From Acidobacteriota bacterium (GTDB lineage: Bacteria > Acidobacteriota > Terriglobia > Bryobacterales > Bryobacteraceae): a stretch of DNA of 64,000 bases. The translations under genes and the position numbers were made by a program. Of the stretch, positions 28,501 through 37,954 are shown piece after piece. The stretch lies in contig JAPKZB010000080.1 in the NCBI GenBank assembly GCA_026393985.1, positions 71,584 through 135,583 of the forward strand. Reading direction: 5' to 3'. How positions within the stretch are numbered: position 1 is the stretch's first letter; the number at the start of each line of letters is the position of its first letter. The notes below the pieces were generated by a model, which saw only the letters and a program-made list of their open reading frames with translations, was not told the origin of the DNA and made no database searches.

Positions 28501-28672
28501 ACTCCCGTCCCTCCACTAGGTTGGCTTCGACCGTATTCAACGTCTGGCGAGCATGCCCATAGGTTCGCGCCGGAATAGGGCTCAGCTCCACCGGAATCTG
28601 TCCCTGCAAGGACATCCCCACCAGGATCATCAGACCCGGAAGGGCCACTCGAAAACAATTGACAAATTTCAT
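25562..28672 (-). CDS. Large secreted NHL-repeat protein with Ig-like, Solibacter-type C-terminal domain
   Basis: Many YVAD-GNNRIL-type NHL blades. The C-terminus reads GFVGVWQLNVKVPESVPPGN..., as in the acidobacterial C-terminal domain family. Confidence 0.85.
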   Translation of the reverse strand: MKFVNCFRVALPGLMILVGMSLQGQIPVELSPIPARTYGHARQTLNTVEANLVEGRELNTPSGVAVDTSVNPPLTYVADTGNNRVLFWRNARSANAQMADGVIGQRDLVTTFAGGPGTAISIGFTSPTGLAVDRSGNLYVADTGNNRILRFPRPAQQTGDLIQPDFVIGQSNFTSNFPNQNELNASAKSLAFRRDGISYRVAILFDPQGNLWVTDPGNHRVLRYPVAALAQGSGNNPEADLVLGQGDFSSRNTFDLGQLGPLHKTGLRFPGTLALDGGGRLFVGDQVGRVLVYSGSLRTGLAASRVIGVVVNVQGQPPRPPVNEYSLETPEGLFVVNNSLFVVDTVVNRIVRYDPFESWAEETLLVPSPPARAVFGQPDLLSFKANRGGRSATESSFFRPTAAAAVAGTDLYLCDSANHRLLIIPISQNNLQPAVRVQGQLAMTYNSRNLIEGRELFTVTGLFDLPNNGGRAILSGGVTIDRTSSPPRLYVADSGNNRILGFANALTVKPGDLADIIIGQADRFSAVVNSPANDPDVQNDTGLFNPTGVITDAQGNLWVADTGNGRVLRFARPFDRPGDRQQRASLVIGQSSFNIKLTDPTRTNMRSPYGVALTIDGHLIVSDSALNRLLYFRRPANRDFTNGQAADTVFGQRDFTSQSAADADNRFNVPGHMAMDTDDRVYVCDMGKSRIVIFDRVTAAANDPAPVLVLRSTLTANDNLRNPQAITVSERTGEVWVADGQNNRLVRFPRFDLLIFNPLANFRLDAPSPVALALDPFDNLVVADGTNRLAFHYARLVAISAAHYLDRDLSPGLVATMAPLGIRFTEKTMTFSTVPVPKEMDDVEVLVNGVAAPLYYLSPTIINFYVPMSTPTSGTIDVLVQKKSTGQILASSTLPAAVATPGFFTTTQNGRGQIAALNEDNTVNSASNPVGRGKVIQLYATGQGFLPDAPPDGVPAPTNRLVSTPLRPRVIVNTTDGEVLFSGLAPGFVGVWQLNVKVPESVPPGNSIVVAILHLGIPSNSNRGGGTPIQTTIAVR

Positions 28673-28897
28673 AGGATTCCCAATACGGCGTCCACAAAAC
28701 GCCGGAACAAGGTCAGCGGATCAGGATTGAGCAGGACCAGGAAAGACCGCGTCTATCACCCGCTTCGTTAGGAGAGTATCGACATTTTGAGGATAACACT
28801 CCATACAAAGTGGGCAAAATAGGATCACTTTCTCCCTCGATTTCTCTCAGGCAGTGCACCCCCAGGCCAGTTCGCTATCATCTAGATCTGTAGATTC

Positions 28898-29680
28898 ATG
28901 TTTTTTTCCAAACCCCGCGTCGCCGCCGTCAGCTACCTCAACACCGTTCCCCTGGTCTGGGGCATGCTGCAGGGGCCCCAAAAAGACGCGGCGGACCTCT
29001 CCTTTTGCCTGCCGGCGGAGTGCTCCGACCGCCTGCGGGACGGCAAGGCCGACATCGGCCTCATCCCCGTCATCGAGGCTGCCCGCCAGAACCTGCCGGC
29101 CGTTCCCGGAACCGGTATCGCCTGCGATGGAGCGGTCCGCAGCATTCTCCTGTTCACCAAAACGCCCTGGACGCGGATCCGCCGCCTCGCCGTCGATCAT
29201 GGCTCCCGCACCTCGGTCATGCTCACGCGCATCCTGCTCCGCGAACGTTTCGGCGTCCAACCGGACCTGGTGGCCATGCGCCCCCACCTGCCCACCATGC
29301 TCGCCGATGCCGATGCCGCCCTCCTCATCGGCGATGCCGCGCTCCGTGTCCAGCCCGAACGCCAACCCTATGAATACCTCGACCTCGGCGCCGCCTGGCA
29401 CGAACTCACCGGCCTACCGATGGTCTTTGCCCGTTGGGCCGGCCCCCATCTGCCCCCCGACGCCGCCACCCTGTTCGACGGTTCCTGGCAGTACGGCCAG
29501 GAACGGCTCCCGGAGATAATCGACCACCAGGCCGACCGTCGCGGTCTCCCCCGCAATCTCGTCCGCGAGTACCTGCAGCATCACATCCGCTTTACCATTG
29601 GCCCGCGGGAACTGCAGGGACTCGACACCTATCTTCACTTCGCCGCCTCCCTCGAACCCGCCCTTAGCCCCCACTCTTAG
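28898..29680 (+). CDS. mqnA: Chorismate dehydratase (futalosine pathway)
   Basis: The N-terminus RVAAVSYLNTVPL matches my recollection of the MqnA/DUF178 family. Adjacent to a radical-SAM Mqn enzyme. Confidence 0.82.
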   Translation: MFFSKPRVAAVSYLNTVPLVWGMLQGPQKDAADLSFCLPAECSDRLRDGKADIGLIPVIEAARQNLPAVPGTGIACDGAVRSILLFTKTPWTRIRRLAVDHGSRTSVMLTRILLRERFGVQPDLVAMRPHLPTMLADADAALLIGDAALRVQPERQPYEYLDLGAAWHELTGLPMVFARWAGPHLPPDAATLFDGSWQYGQERLPEIIDHQADRRGLPRNLVREYLQHHIRFTIGPRELQGLDTYLHFAASLEPALSPHS

Positions 29681-29697
29681 TCCCCCACTCTTAGTCT

Positions 29698-30738
29698 ATG
29701 AGCCACCGCATCTCCACCGACCAAGCTCTCGAGCTGTTCGCTGACCATGACCTGATCGGCCTCGGCATGGCCGCCGACGCCGCCCGTCGCCGTCACCACC
29801 CCCACAACGTCGCCTCTTATATCATCGATCGCAATATTAATTACACCAACGTCTGCACCGAATACTGCAGCTTCTGCGCCTTCTATCGCGCCAAAGGCCA
29901 CGCTGAAGCCTACGTCCATCCGCAAGAGGTCATCTTCGCCAAGATCCAGGAGACCATCGACGTCGGCGGCACCGGCGTTCTCATGCAGGGCGGACTCCAT
30001 CCCGATCTCCCCATCACCTGGTACGAAGATCTCTTTGCCGCCATCAAACAGCGCTTCGCCATCCACCTCCACGTCCTCTCCGCCCCCGAAATCCTCAACA
30101 TCGCCCAGATCAGCGGCCTCTCCGTTCGCGACACCATCGCCCGCCTGCGCGACGCCGGAATGGACTCCATCCCCGGCGCCGGCGCAGAAATCCTCCACGA
30201 CGAGGTCCGCCACCGCATCGCCCGCCTCAAGTGCAACACCGAGGAGTGGCTCAGCGTCCATCGTACCGCCCACCAACTCGGCGTCCGCACCACCGCCACC
30301 ATGATGTGGGGCTGCGGTGAAACCCTCGCCCACCGCGTGCACCATCTCGACGCCCTCCGCCAACTCCAGGACGAAACCGGCGGCTTCACCGCCTTCATCC
30401 CCTGGAGCTTCCAGCGCGACAACACCTCCCTCGGCCGCTTCGTCAAGGAAGAGGCCACCAGCGTCGAATTCCTCCGTACCCTTGCCGTCTGCCGCCTCTT
30501 TCTAGACAACATCGTCAACGTGCAAACCTCCTGGGTCACCCAGGGCCTGAAGGTCTGCCAGCTCGGCCTCCGCTTCGGGGGCAACGACGTCGGCAGCATC
30601 ATGCTCGAAGAGAACGTCGTCTCCCAGGCCGGCGCCAACTTCCATGCCTCCGAGGAGGATCTCCGCCGGATCATCCGCGATGCCGGATTTATCCCCAAGC
30701 AGCGCGACACGCTCTACCGCACCTATTTCCTGAACTGA
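29698..30738 (+). CDS. Radical SAM menaquinone (futalosine pathway) enzyme, MqnC or MqnE
   Basis: NINYTNVCTEYCSFCAFYR contains the CxxxCxxC motif. I cannot separate MqnC from MqnE by eye. Confidence 0.85.
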   Translation: MSHRISTDQALELFADHDLIGLGMAADAARRRHHPHNVASYIIDRNINYTNVCTEYCSFCAFYRAKGHAEAYVHPQEVIFAKIQETIDVGGTGVLMQGGLHPDLPITWYEDLFAAIKQRFAIHLHVLSAPEILNIAQISGLSVRDTIARLRDAGMDSIPGAGAEILHDEVRHRIARLKCNTEEWLSVHRTAHQLGVRTTATMMWGCGETLAHRVHHLDALRQLQDETGGFTAFIPWSFQRDNTSLGRFVKEEATSVEFLRTLAVCRLFLDNIVNVQTSWVTQGLKVCQLGLRFGGNDVGSIMLEENVVSQAGANFHASEEDLRRIIRDAGFIPKQRDTLYRTYFLN

Positions 30739-31592
30739 TCCGCCCAGCCCGCCATCGCCACCCAGTCGAGCAAACCTGCGGTGGCCCCGGCCCGGCGCAC
30801 GCTCAGCGCCCCGGCGGCATTCCCCATCCGCGCCGCCTCCACCACACTCAGCCCCCTGGCCCGCCCTGCCAGAAAGGCCCCGCAAAAGCAGTCCCCCGCC
30901 CCGGTCGAGTCCCTCGTCTCCACCGCGAAGCCCGCCACGGACCTCCCGTCCACCGTGCAACCCTCCCCCCCGCGTTTAACGATCACCGGACAGGGATACG
31001 GCCCCGGCACCCGCACCGCCTCCTCAGCGTTGGCCAGCAGCAGATCTATCAACGGCAGGCACGGGTCAACCACCGCGCCCCATTCCCCCAACCGGTCCCA
31101 GCCCAGGTCCATCGAAGTATTCATCCCCCGCGCCCGCGCCTCGCGCAGTAGCTCCGCCGCGTGCCGCCGGACGTAGGGCATGGCGAAAGGATTGGCCACG
31201 TGCAGATGGTCAAAGCCCCCCGGCAGAGCGAAGGACGCCTCCTGGTTCACCCCGGGATGATGAAACAGCTGGCGCCGGCCATCCGGGTGGAACACGCCCA
31301 CGGTCGCCGCCGTCGCCCCGGCCAGCCGCTCCAGATAGGAGCAGTCCACCCCCGCCTCACCCAACCGCTGCTCCAGCCAATGCCCCGCCGCATCGTCGCC
31401 ACGCGCGCTCAACAGCGCCACCCCGTGCGCCGCCCCGCCCGTCAACTTGCCAAACGTATACGCCGTCGTCCCGCCGTTGCCCCCCAACCCGGCCGTCATC
31501 GAACCGACCCACCGGGTCGTCTCCCACTCCAAACCCTCCACCGGCCCCGCCAGCGTATCCCAAACCAGACTGCCCAGGACCAGCAACCGCAT
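30723..31592 (-). CDS. PfkB-family carbohydrate kinase
   Basis: GGNGGT N-terminal motif and the C-terminal DSTGAGDCFCGAF motif. Confidence 0.8.
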   Translation of the reverse strand: MRLLVLGSLVWDTLAGPVEGLEWETTRWVGSMTAGLGGNGGTTAYTFGKLTGGAAHGVALLSARGDDAAGHWLEQRLGEAGVDCSYLERLAGATAATVGVFHPDGRRQLFHHPGVNQEASFALPGGFDHLHVANPFAMPYVRRHAAELLREARARGMNTSMDLGWDRLGEWGAVVDPCLPLIDLLLANAEEAVRVPGPYPCPVIVKRGGEGCTVDGRSVAGFAVETRDSTGAGDCFCGAFLAGRARGLSVVEAARMGNAAGALSVRRAGATAGLLDWVAMAGWADQFRK

Positions 31593-31603
31593 AGGCCGCG
31601 CCG

Positions 31604-32521
31604 CTACAACTGCCCGCCCAGCAAATTAACCAGAAACGCACGCTCAAGCGGCCACCGTCCCGTCACCACCAAGCCCTGCCGGGAAAACGTCCCGGTGGTC
31701 AGAATCCCGCTCAAATCCGCCGGGTTCGGCTTCTGCTGCACGTTCTCAAGATATTTGCGAAACACCCCAGTCACTCCGCGCAACTGATTTTCCACCCCCG
31801 CCGCCGCCGTCTCGGTCCCACAATCAGCTCGCAACCGCAGCTCAGCTCCCGTTCCCCCAAGATGCAGGCCCAGCGTTACCACCTGAGCCTCCTCCAACGC
31901 CTTGGCAAACAGCTTGGTCCCCGCCGGCAGCGACGCAGACTCGCTCCAGGTCCGGCCCACCCCACCCACCCAAACCGGAGCATCCGGCAGCGCCAGCGGG
32001 CTCGGCGTCCGGTTCTGCAACCGCACGACCGCCCACTCGTCGCTTGAAACCGCCATCCCGATCATCCCCCTCGTGAATGGCGTAAACGAAATGACCCGCG
32101 GCGATGTCGAAGCCGGCAGCCGGCACACCCCGTTCCAGCACTTCCCGCCCGACCGCTCCGTGTGCGTCTGGATCGCCTTCCAGTCAAAACGCCCCGTCGC
32201 CACGACAAACACGTCCGCCCCGGCAAAGCCCAGCAACACCGAATCCAGGTCCTCGCGGTAGTTAAAACCAGTGGCAGCGACAAAGGACCGGTAATCGGGA
32301 TCCTCCGTCACGTTCCCGCCCGAAAGCAAGGCAAACAGCCCGGACCGCCGCATGCTTTCAAGGTCCAGCTGGATCACGGTCCCACCTGCGGGCAGACGGC
32401 TCATCCTCTCCGACAGGGGCGGGATCAACCGGGAGCGATACCATACCAAGCCCCCCCCGATCCCCACGCAGGCGGCCACTACCAGAATGGCCGCCATCCA
32501 ATTATGCCAGCGAAAACCCAT
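31604..32521 (-). CDS. Hypothetical membrane-anchored protein
   Basis: Single N-terminal TM helix. No recognisable domain. Confidence 0.55.
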   Translation of the reverse strand: MGFRWHNWMAAILVVAACVGIGGGLVWYRSRLIPPLSERMSRLPAGGTVIQLDLESMRRSGLFALLSGGNVTEDPDYRSFVAATGFNYREDLDSVLLGFAGADVFVVATGRFDWKAIQTHTERSGGKCWNGVCRLPASTSPRVISFTPFTRGMIGMAVSSDEWAVVRLQNRTPSPLALPDAPVWVGGVGRTWSESASLPAGTKLFAKALEEAQVVTLGLHLGGTGAELRLRADCGTETAAAGVENQLRGVTGVFRKYLENVQQKPNPADLSGILTTGTFSRQGLVVTGRWPLERAFLVNLLGGQL

Positions 32522-32533
32522 CGGCTCAGCCGC

Positions 32534-33589
32534 CTACCTTGACACCGCCACCGTGTCGCCAACCCGCGCGTTCTTCCACAACGCTATGTAGGGAGTCAAC
32601 TCCTTCATCATCTTCCGGAACTGGTCCAGCGTCAGGCTCTGCGCCCCATCGCTCACCGCCTTCTCCGGACACGGGTGCGTTTCCACAATCAAACCATCGG
32701 CGCCAATCGCCACGCCCGCCCGGCACAGCGGCGGCACCAGGCTGCGCTTGCCCACCGCGTGCGAAGGATCAAGCACCACCGGCAGATGCGTCAACTCGTC
32801 CAACACCGAAACGGCAGTGATGTCACACGTGTTCCGCGTCGCGGTTTCAAACGTACGGATACCGCGCTCGCACAGCATGATGTTCGGGTTGCCGTGCGCC
32901 ACAATGTACTCGGCCGACATCAGCAACTCTTTGATCTGCGCACTCAGCCCACGCTTAAGCATAATCGGACGGCCGCAGGATCCCAAACGCTTCAGCAGCG
33001 AAAAGTTCTGCATGTTCCGCGCCCCAATCTGCAGAATATCGGCGTACTCGGCCACCAGATCAACGTCCCTTTCCGCCATCACCTCGGTGATGATCGCCAG
33101 GCCCGTCGCCTCCCGCGCCTTGGCCAACAGCTTCAGGCCATCGCCTTCCATACCTTGAAAATCGTAGGGCGAGGTCCGCGGCTTGAACGCGCCACCGCGC
33201 AGAACCTTCGCGCCGGCCTCGGCCACCGCGTAGGCCGACTCCATGATCTGCGTCTCGTTCTCAACCGAACAAGGACCAGCCATCATGACAAACTCATCAC
33301 CGCCAATCTCCACCGGACCGGTGTGCGTGCGGACCGTAATCACGGTCGGAGTCGACTTGTACTCTTTCGAAACAAACTTGTAGGGCGCCGAGATCCGCAC
33401 CGCTTTTTCCACCTGCGGCATCGCCTCGAGCGACTCGAGACAGTTGGTGACATCGCCTACGCCGACAACGCCAATCACGCAGCGTTCCTCTCCCTCAATG
33501 GCATGAATCTTGTAACCGAAGTGACGGATGCGGTCGCAGACGGCTTCGATATCTTCCTTGGTGCTGTGGAGTTTCATTGAAATGATCAT
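32534..33589 (-). CDS. aroF: 3-deoxy-7-phosphoheptulonate (DAHP) synthase, type I-beta with N-terminal ferredoxin-like regulatory domain
   Basis: As I recall the Thermotoga-type [20 protein letters not shown] corresponds to its N-terminus. Also carries GPCSVE, KPRTSPY and the IQIGARN motif. The start is set at 33589, and the upstream extension in the track is leader sequence. Confidence 0.92.
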   Translation of the reverse strand: MIISMKLHSTKEDIEAVCDRIRHFGYKIHAIEGEERCVIGVVGVGDVTNCLESLEAMPQVEKAVRISAPYKFVSKEYKSTPTVITVRTHTGPVEIGGDEFVMMAGPCSVENETQIMESAYAVAEAGAKVLRGGAFKPRTSPYDFQGMEGDGLKLLAKAREATGLAIITEVMAERDVDLVAEYADILQIGARNMQNFSLLKRLGSCGRPIMLKRGLSAQIKELLMSAEYIVAHGNPNIMLCERGIRTFETATRNTCDITAVSVLDELTHLPVVLDPSHAVGKRSLVPPLCRAGVAIGADGLIVETHPCPEKAVSDGAQSLTLDQFRKMMKELTPYIALWKNARVGDTVAVSR

Positions 33590-33630
33590 GGGTCTGTTCT
33601 GCTTTAAAAGTATGGGCTTCCGAAAATAGG

Positions 33631-33669
33631 AAAAGCGAAAACACAAAAACCCACTCTTTCGAGTGGGTT
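33631..33669 (-). terminator. Intrinsic terminator (attenuator) in the aroF leader
   Basis: The minus strand reads AACCCACTC-GAAA-GAGTGGGTT followed by TTTGTGTTTTCGCTTTT. It ends about 40 nt before the aroF ATG. Confidence 0.7.
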
Positions 33670-33721
33670 GGTTTTTTGGATTAAGAACCTTTCGAGTCCT
33701 ACCTCCGGGCCAACGCCACTC
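33661..33721 (-). promoter_or_regulatory. Candidate antiterminator helix competing with the attenuator
   Basis: GAGTGGCGTTGG (33721-33710) is complementary to CCAACCCACTC (33671-33661). That gives 11 bp with one bulged C, and it uses the 5' arm of the terminator. Confidence 0.5.
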
Positions 33722-33782
33722 GTTCAATCCGGCAATAACGCCAAAATCGAAACGCGCGAAAGCTGTGCACCGGGGCTGACAT
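33699..33782 (-). CDS. Candidate leader peptide [27 protein letters not shown]
   Basis: AGGAGA lies 3 nt before the ATG. The ORF has 27 codons. F, F, F, W and Y fall within nine consecutive codons, and the stop is 8 nt past the antiterminator segment. Confidence 0.55.
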   Translation of the reverse strand: MSAPVHSFRAFRFWRYCRIERVALARR

Positions 33783-33873
33783 CTTCTCCTAGTGTATAGG
33801 CACCCGGAACAGATTGCAAGAGGTAGTAAACAGGTAATTTTTTCGTTACACCTTGCCAAGGTGTTATAGACCC

Positions 33874-34452
33874 CTACCAGGCCCGCGACCAGCGCGGCCC
33901 GGGCTTATCGTTTAGCTCCCGCAAAGCGGCCTGCGCCTGGGCGTCCACCTCCAGTTTCCGCCCGAACAGCCACAGCAGGTCGCTCAGTCGGTTCAGATAC
34001 GCCAGCACATGCGGCGCCAACTCTTCCTCCTCGCCCAACCGCACCACGCATCGCTCCGCCCGGCGGCAAACCGTCCGCGCCAGATCATAAAACGCTCCCG
34101 CCGGGTCCCCCCCCGGCACCGACCAGTCGCTCAGCAACCCGCTCACCGCCTCGAGCGCATGCACCTGCCCGGTCAATTCATCCACCATCGCCTGCGTCAC
34201 CGGCGGAGCGCCCTTCCGCGCCTCGGTGGGCGTTGCCAGCGCCGCCGCCACCTGAAACAGCTCCCGCTGAATCGCCAGGGTCGCCGTGGCGATCCCCTCG
34301 TCGCTGCAAATGGACCGCGCAAAACCCAGCGCGGCGTTCAGTTCATCCACCGTGCCGTAGGACTCGACCCGCAAAGCCCCCTTCGAAACACGTTGGCCCC
34401 CGACGAGGCTGGTCTGGCCGGCATCGCCGAGCTGAGTTGCAATAGATGTCAT
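33874..34452 (-). CDS. PduO-type ATP:cob(I)alamin adenosyltransferase
   Basis: [31 protein letters not shown] motif. Confidence 0.9.
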   Translation of the reverse strand: MTSIATQLGDAGQTSLVGGQRVSKGALRVESYGTVDELNAALGFARSICSDEGIATATLAIQRELFQVAAALATPTEARKGAPPVTQAMVDELTGQVHALEAVSGLLSDWSVPGGDPAGAFYDLARTVCRRAERCVVRLGEEEELAPHVLAYLNRLSDLLWLFGRKLEVDAQAQAALRELNDKPGPRWSRAW

Positions 34453-34475
34453 GGTGTTTTTAGCCGAAGTGTTTT

Positions 34476-35876
34476 TCAGGCAAAAAGCCGGTCGTGAACC
34501 TTTCCCTTGCCATCTCTAGTGACGTAAAAAGGGCGCTGTTCGATTTCGTATTTTGTATCGGGAGCGATTCCCAGGGCCGAATACAGCGAGGCATGCAGGT
34601 CTTCGATCCCAATCGGGTCCTTAATCGTCTTGCACGGGCGCTCCGTCGCGGTCTCCCCGTAAACGAACCCCTTGCGAATGCCGCCGCCAAACGCCAGCAC
34701 GCTCACGGCGTCCGTAAAGTGCCGGTGCATCCCGTAATGCTTGGTCTCGGTCATCACCTCGGGCACGGTTACCTGGTTTTTCACCTCCAGGCCCGGCTTG
34801 CCTTCAGTCATCATGTCGCGGCCAAACTCGGTCGCCACCACCACCAGCGTCTTTTCCAGCAGGCCGCGCTGCTCAAGATCGCAGATCAGTTGCGCAATCG
34901 GAGCGTCGATGGTCCGCTTCATCGCCTCCACGCGCGCATGCCCGTTCTCGTGCGTATCCCAGAAGCGGAACGGGATGTACTCGGTGGTCACTTCAATAAA
35001 TCGCGCCCCGGCCTCCACCATCCGCCGCGCCAGCAGACAGCCCAAACCGAACCGCGACGTGTTATAGGTCCGGTAGCTCTTCTCCGGCTCCAGCGACAAG
35101 TCAAACGCCTTGGCCGCCGGCGAGGTCAGCAGCCGGTGCGCGTTGTCGAGCGAGTTCAAAAAGCTCTCCTTCTGCGCGTTGCTGCCCTGCTCGAGCGGCG
35201 AGGCCGCCAGGATCTTGCGGTACAACTCCCGCCGGCTCGCAAACCGGCTCTGCCCGATCAGCTCATTCGGCCGCGTCACCGCCACGGCGTCCCGCGGGTC
35301 CACAATGTGGAACGGCCCGTACTCGGCGCCCAGAAAACCGGCCGTGTGAAACGCCTTCACCGCATCGGACTCCCCGCCAATTTCGAGGTTCTGCCCAATC
35401 GACAGAAACGCCGGAATATCCGGGTTCTTCTTGCCGAGTGTCCGCGCCACAAACGCGCCGAAATGCGGACACGCCACACTCTGCGGCGGCGCATAGCCCG
35501 TATGCCAGTGGTACTGATGCCGCGAATGCAGAATGAAGCCCAAATCGCCCACCCGGTGCGACCGGATCAGCGTCCCGCGGTCGAGCACCCCGGCGATCTT
35601 CTCAAGACCCTCGGAGATCTGCACCCCGTCGACGGCCGTTGGAATCGGCTTGAAGGTCGACAGCACCCGGTCGCTCGCCAGGCCGGTCGAAAACGGCGTG
35701 TACCGCTTCGGGTCAAACGTCTCGGTCTGCGCCATGCCGCCGGCCATCCACAGCAGAATCATGCTATCGGCCTTGCCCGTGCGCGGGGCCGATACCAGCC
35801 GGGGGCTCGCCCCGTGCAGCGCCGCCAGGGTGGCCGTGGCCCCGTGGCGAAGGAAAAAGCGGCGATCAATCGACAT
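34476..35876 (-). CDS. DUF1501 (sulfatase-like) protein with Tat signal
   Basis: Begins MSIDRRFFLRHGATATLAAL, and the family-typical core includes the FGR motif. The start at 35876 overlaps the stop of the upstream gene. Confidence 0.88.
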   Translation of the reverse strand: MSIDRRFFLRHGATATLAALHGASPRLVSAPRTGKADSMILLWMAGGMAQTETFDPKRYTPFSTGLASDRVLSTFKPIPTAVDGVQISEGLEKIAGVLDRGTLIRSHRVGDLGFILHSRHQYHWHTGYAPPQSVACPHFGAFVARTLGKKNPDIPAFLSIGQNLEIGGESDAVKAFHTAGFLGAEYGPFHIVDPRDAVAVTRPNELIGQSRFASRRELYRKILAASPLEQGSNAQKESFLNSLDNAHRLLTSPAAKAFDLSLEPEKSYRTYNTSRFGLGCLLARRMVEAGARFIEVTTEYIPFRFWDTHENGHARVEAMKRTIDAPIAQLICDLEQRGLLEKTLVVVATEFGRDMMTEGKPGLEVKNQVTVPEVMTETKHYGMHRHFTDAVSVLAFGGGIRKGFVYGETATERPCKTIKDPIGIEDLHASLYSALGIAPDTKYEIEQRPFYVTRDGKGKVHDRLFA

Positions 35877-37944
35877 ACTGAAACTCCGGATGATTGAGCA
35901 AAATCCACAGCAGATCTTCCACCTCGGCCTGCTTCGCCAACTTCCGCTCGGGCGGCGTCGGCGCCCGGCCCAGCGTCTGCAGAAAGAGGTCATCAATCAG
36001 CTGAGCCGGCTTGCGCAGCGGCACCGGCGGCGGATCCGTAACCCGCGCCAGCAGATTCCGGTCCGGCGCAGATGGGAAGATGTAGCCGCGCACAGCGCTG
36101 TTGATATCACTCTGCTTGCCCGAAACGTCCAACTCGAGCGCCCCGGTCAACCGGTGTTCGCCCGGCGGAATCGCTACTTTCACCACCGCCCCCAGCTTTC
36201 CTTCCACGGACAGCGGCTTGCCGTCCACCTGCACGTCCAGCCAACGCACCACCGTCCGCTCGGGGTCGAAGCTCCCGATGTCGTCCACGAAGAAATGCAG
36301 CTCCGGCCCCCGCACGTGCACCTCGAACGGGCGCTTACCCTCCCGGCGCAAACCCGCACTGTCCCATAAGCTCGGCGGCGGCGCTGGCAGCATGCCGACC
36401 AGACGCTGCGCCCCGCGCCGTAGCTGTTGGTGGATCGTCGTCCCATTGACCAACTCAAGCGCCTGCAGCGTGGAGCTCTCGGCGTTGCGCGTCGTGATCA
36501 CCTGATCGCGGATCGGCCGCCCCAGCGCCCGCGTCAGCGCCGTGCTGCGCAGCTCCCACTCCCGCGCAAAACGCGCCGCCGTGTCGGTCTGCACCACCCG
36601 CCACTCGCCTGTAATCGCCGACAGCGTGTCCACCACCTGCTCGGCCGTCAGCCGCCGCGGCAGCGGGCCGCGGAACTGGCTCGTCAGGTTGGCCTCGGCC
36701 GGCTGCTGCCAGGCGCGGCTTGTCAGAATCAGCTTCACCAGCCGGTGAATGTCGTAGTCGCGCGCAAACTCGACGGCCAGCCAGTCGAGCAGATCAGCGT
36801 TGAACGGCTCGGCGTCCAGGTCATCGACCGGTTCGACAATTCCCCGCCCGAACAGCTTGGCCCAGATCCGGTTGACGAAGGTGCGCGCCAGCCGCCCGTT
36901 CTTCGGACTCGTAAACAGCGCCGCGGCATCGGCCCGGCGGTTCTCGCCCACCGGCGGCCCTACGGCCGGAAACAGAAACTGCGGGCCCACCTTCTCGCCG
37001 GTCTTCACATCGCAGCGGTAAAGCTCCAGCTCCCGCTCTTCGCTGAACAGCGCCGCCATGCCATAGGCCTGCTTCAGCTTGTAGTGGTTGATGAAGGAGT
37101 CGTGGCAGCTGGCGCACTTCAGGTTCACCCCGAGAAACACCTGCGCCGTGTTCTGCGCCGCCTGGATCATCGGCCGCTGACTGGCGTTGACGTCGCCGCG
37201 CCAGTTGATGCCCAGCAGGAAACCCTCCGGCGAGTCCGGTCCGATGGGGTTGACCAGTTCCCGCACCATCTGGTCGTAGGGCATATTCCCGTTCAGCGCC
37301 TTGACGAGCCACGGCCGGATCGACTTCTCCCCGCCGTGGTAGGCCCGCAGGTCATCCCGCAACAGATCGTTCCAGAAACTGATCCAGTGGCCGGTCACCA
37401 TCTTGCGGTCAGCGAGCAACTGCTCCACCAGCTTGGCCCGGTTGCCGTCAAAGGCCCGCAACTGCTCCGGCGTCGGGGTAATCCCCCACAGGTCGAGGTA
37501 GACGCGGCGCACAAAGACGGCTTCCGAAACCACGGGCCGCCATTTCATCTCCCGGTCGAGCAGCTTATCAATTGGGTTCGTTTCGTCACTGGCGGGCAAC
37601 GCCACCGCGCGCGGTTCGAGCGGTGCCTGCCAGATCCGGGGCGCCCGTTTCGCAACGTCCGTCCATGGCAGGTCCTCTTTTACCCACGCTTCGAGTATGG
37701 CGATCTGTTTTTCGTCCAGGCTCTTGCCCGTCGGCGGCATCGGCAGCCCCGCCTCGCCCCGCACCCGGGCCACAATCTCGCCCTTGCTCTTGAGCGCCCC
37801 TTCGCGCGTGGCGAGCGAAAAGCCGCCCTGCGGCGTCGCGCCACTGTGGCAGCCCAGACAGCGCGAGGCGAGAATCGGGTGCACGTCAGTCGCAAAATCG
37901 ACGGCCCCCAGCGAGCCGGCCACGAAAAACAGAAGCCAACGCAT
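35866..37944 (-). CDS. PSCyt1/DUF1549/DUF1553 protein (planctomycete-type cytochrome c domain)
   Basis: N-terminal FATDVHPILASRCLGCHS heme-binding CxxCH-like motif, followed by DUF1549- and DUF1553-like regions. Confidence 0.88.
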   Translation of the reverse strand: MRWLLFFVAGSLGAVDFATDVHPILASRCLGCHSGATPQGGFSLATREGALKSKGEIVARVRGEAGLPMPPTGKSLDEKQIAILEAWVKEDLPWTDVAKRAPRIWQAPLEPRAVALPASDETNPIDKLLDREMKWRPVVSEAVFVRRVYLDLWGITPTPEQLRAFDGNRAKLVEQLLADRKMVTGHWISFWNDLLRDDLRAYHGGEKSIRPWLVKALNGNMPYDQMVRELVNPIGPDSPEGFLLGINWRGDVNASQRPMIQAAQNTAQVFLGVNLKCASCHDSFINHYKLKQAYGMAALFSEERELELYRCDVKTGEKVGPQFLFPAVGPPVGENRRADAAALFTSPKNGRLARTFVNRIWAKLFGRGIVEPVDDLDAEPFNADLLDWLAVEFARDYDIHRLVKLILTSRAWQQPAEANLTSQFRGPLPRRLTAEQVVDTLSAITGEWRVVQTDTAARFAREWELRSTALTRALGRPIRDQVITTRNAESSTLQALELVNGTTIHQQLRRGAQRLVGMLPAPPPSLWDSAGLRREGKRPFEVHVRGPELHFFVDDIGSFDPERTVVRWLDVQVDGKPLSVEGKLGAVVKVAIPPGEHRLTGALELDVSGKQSDINSAVRGYIFPSAPDRNLLARVTDPPPVPLRKPAQLIDDLFLQTLGRAPTPPERKLAKQAEVEDLLWILLNHPEFQYVD

Positions 37945-37954
37945 GGCGCTTAGC

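Noticed and set aside
33590-33859. N-terminal 90-aa extension of the DAHP synthase ORF in the track.
   Set aside because: By my recollection of Thermotoga-type DAHPS, the N-terminus corresponds to Met 33589. The extension crosses an intrinsic terminator and has non-coding-like composition. It is better explained as leader RNA.
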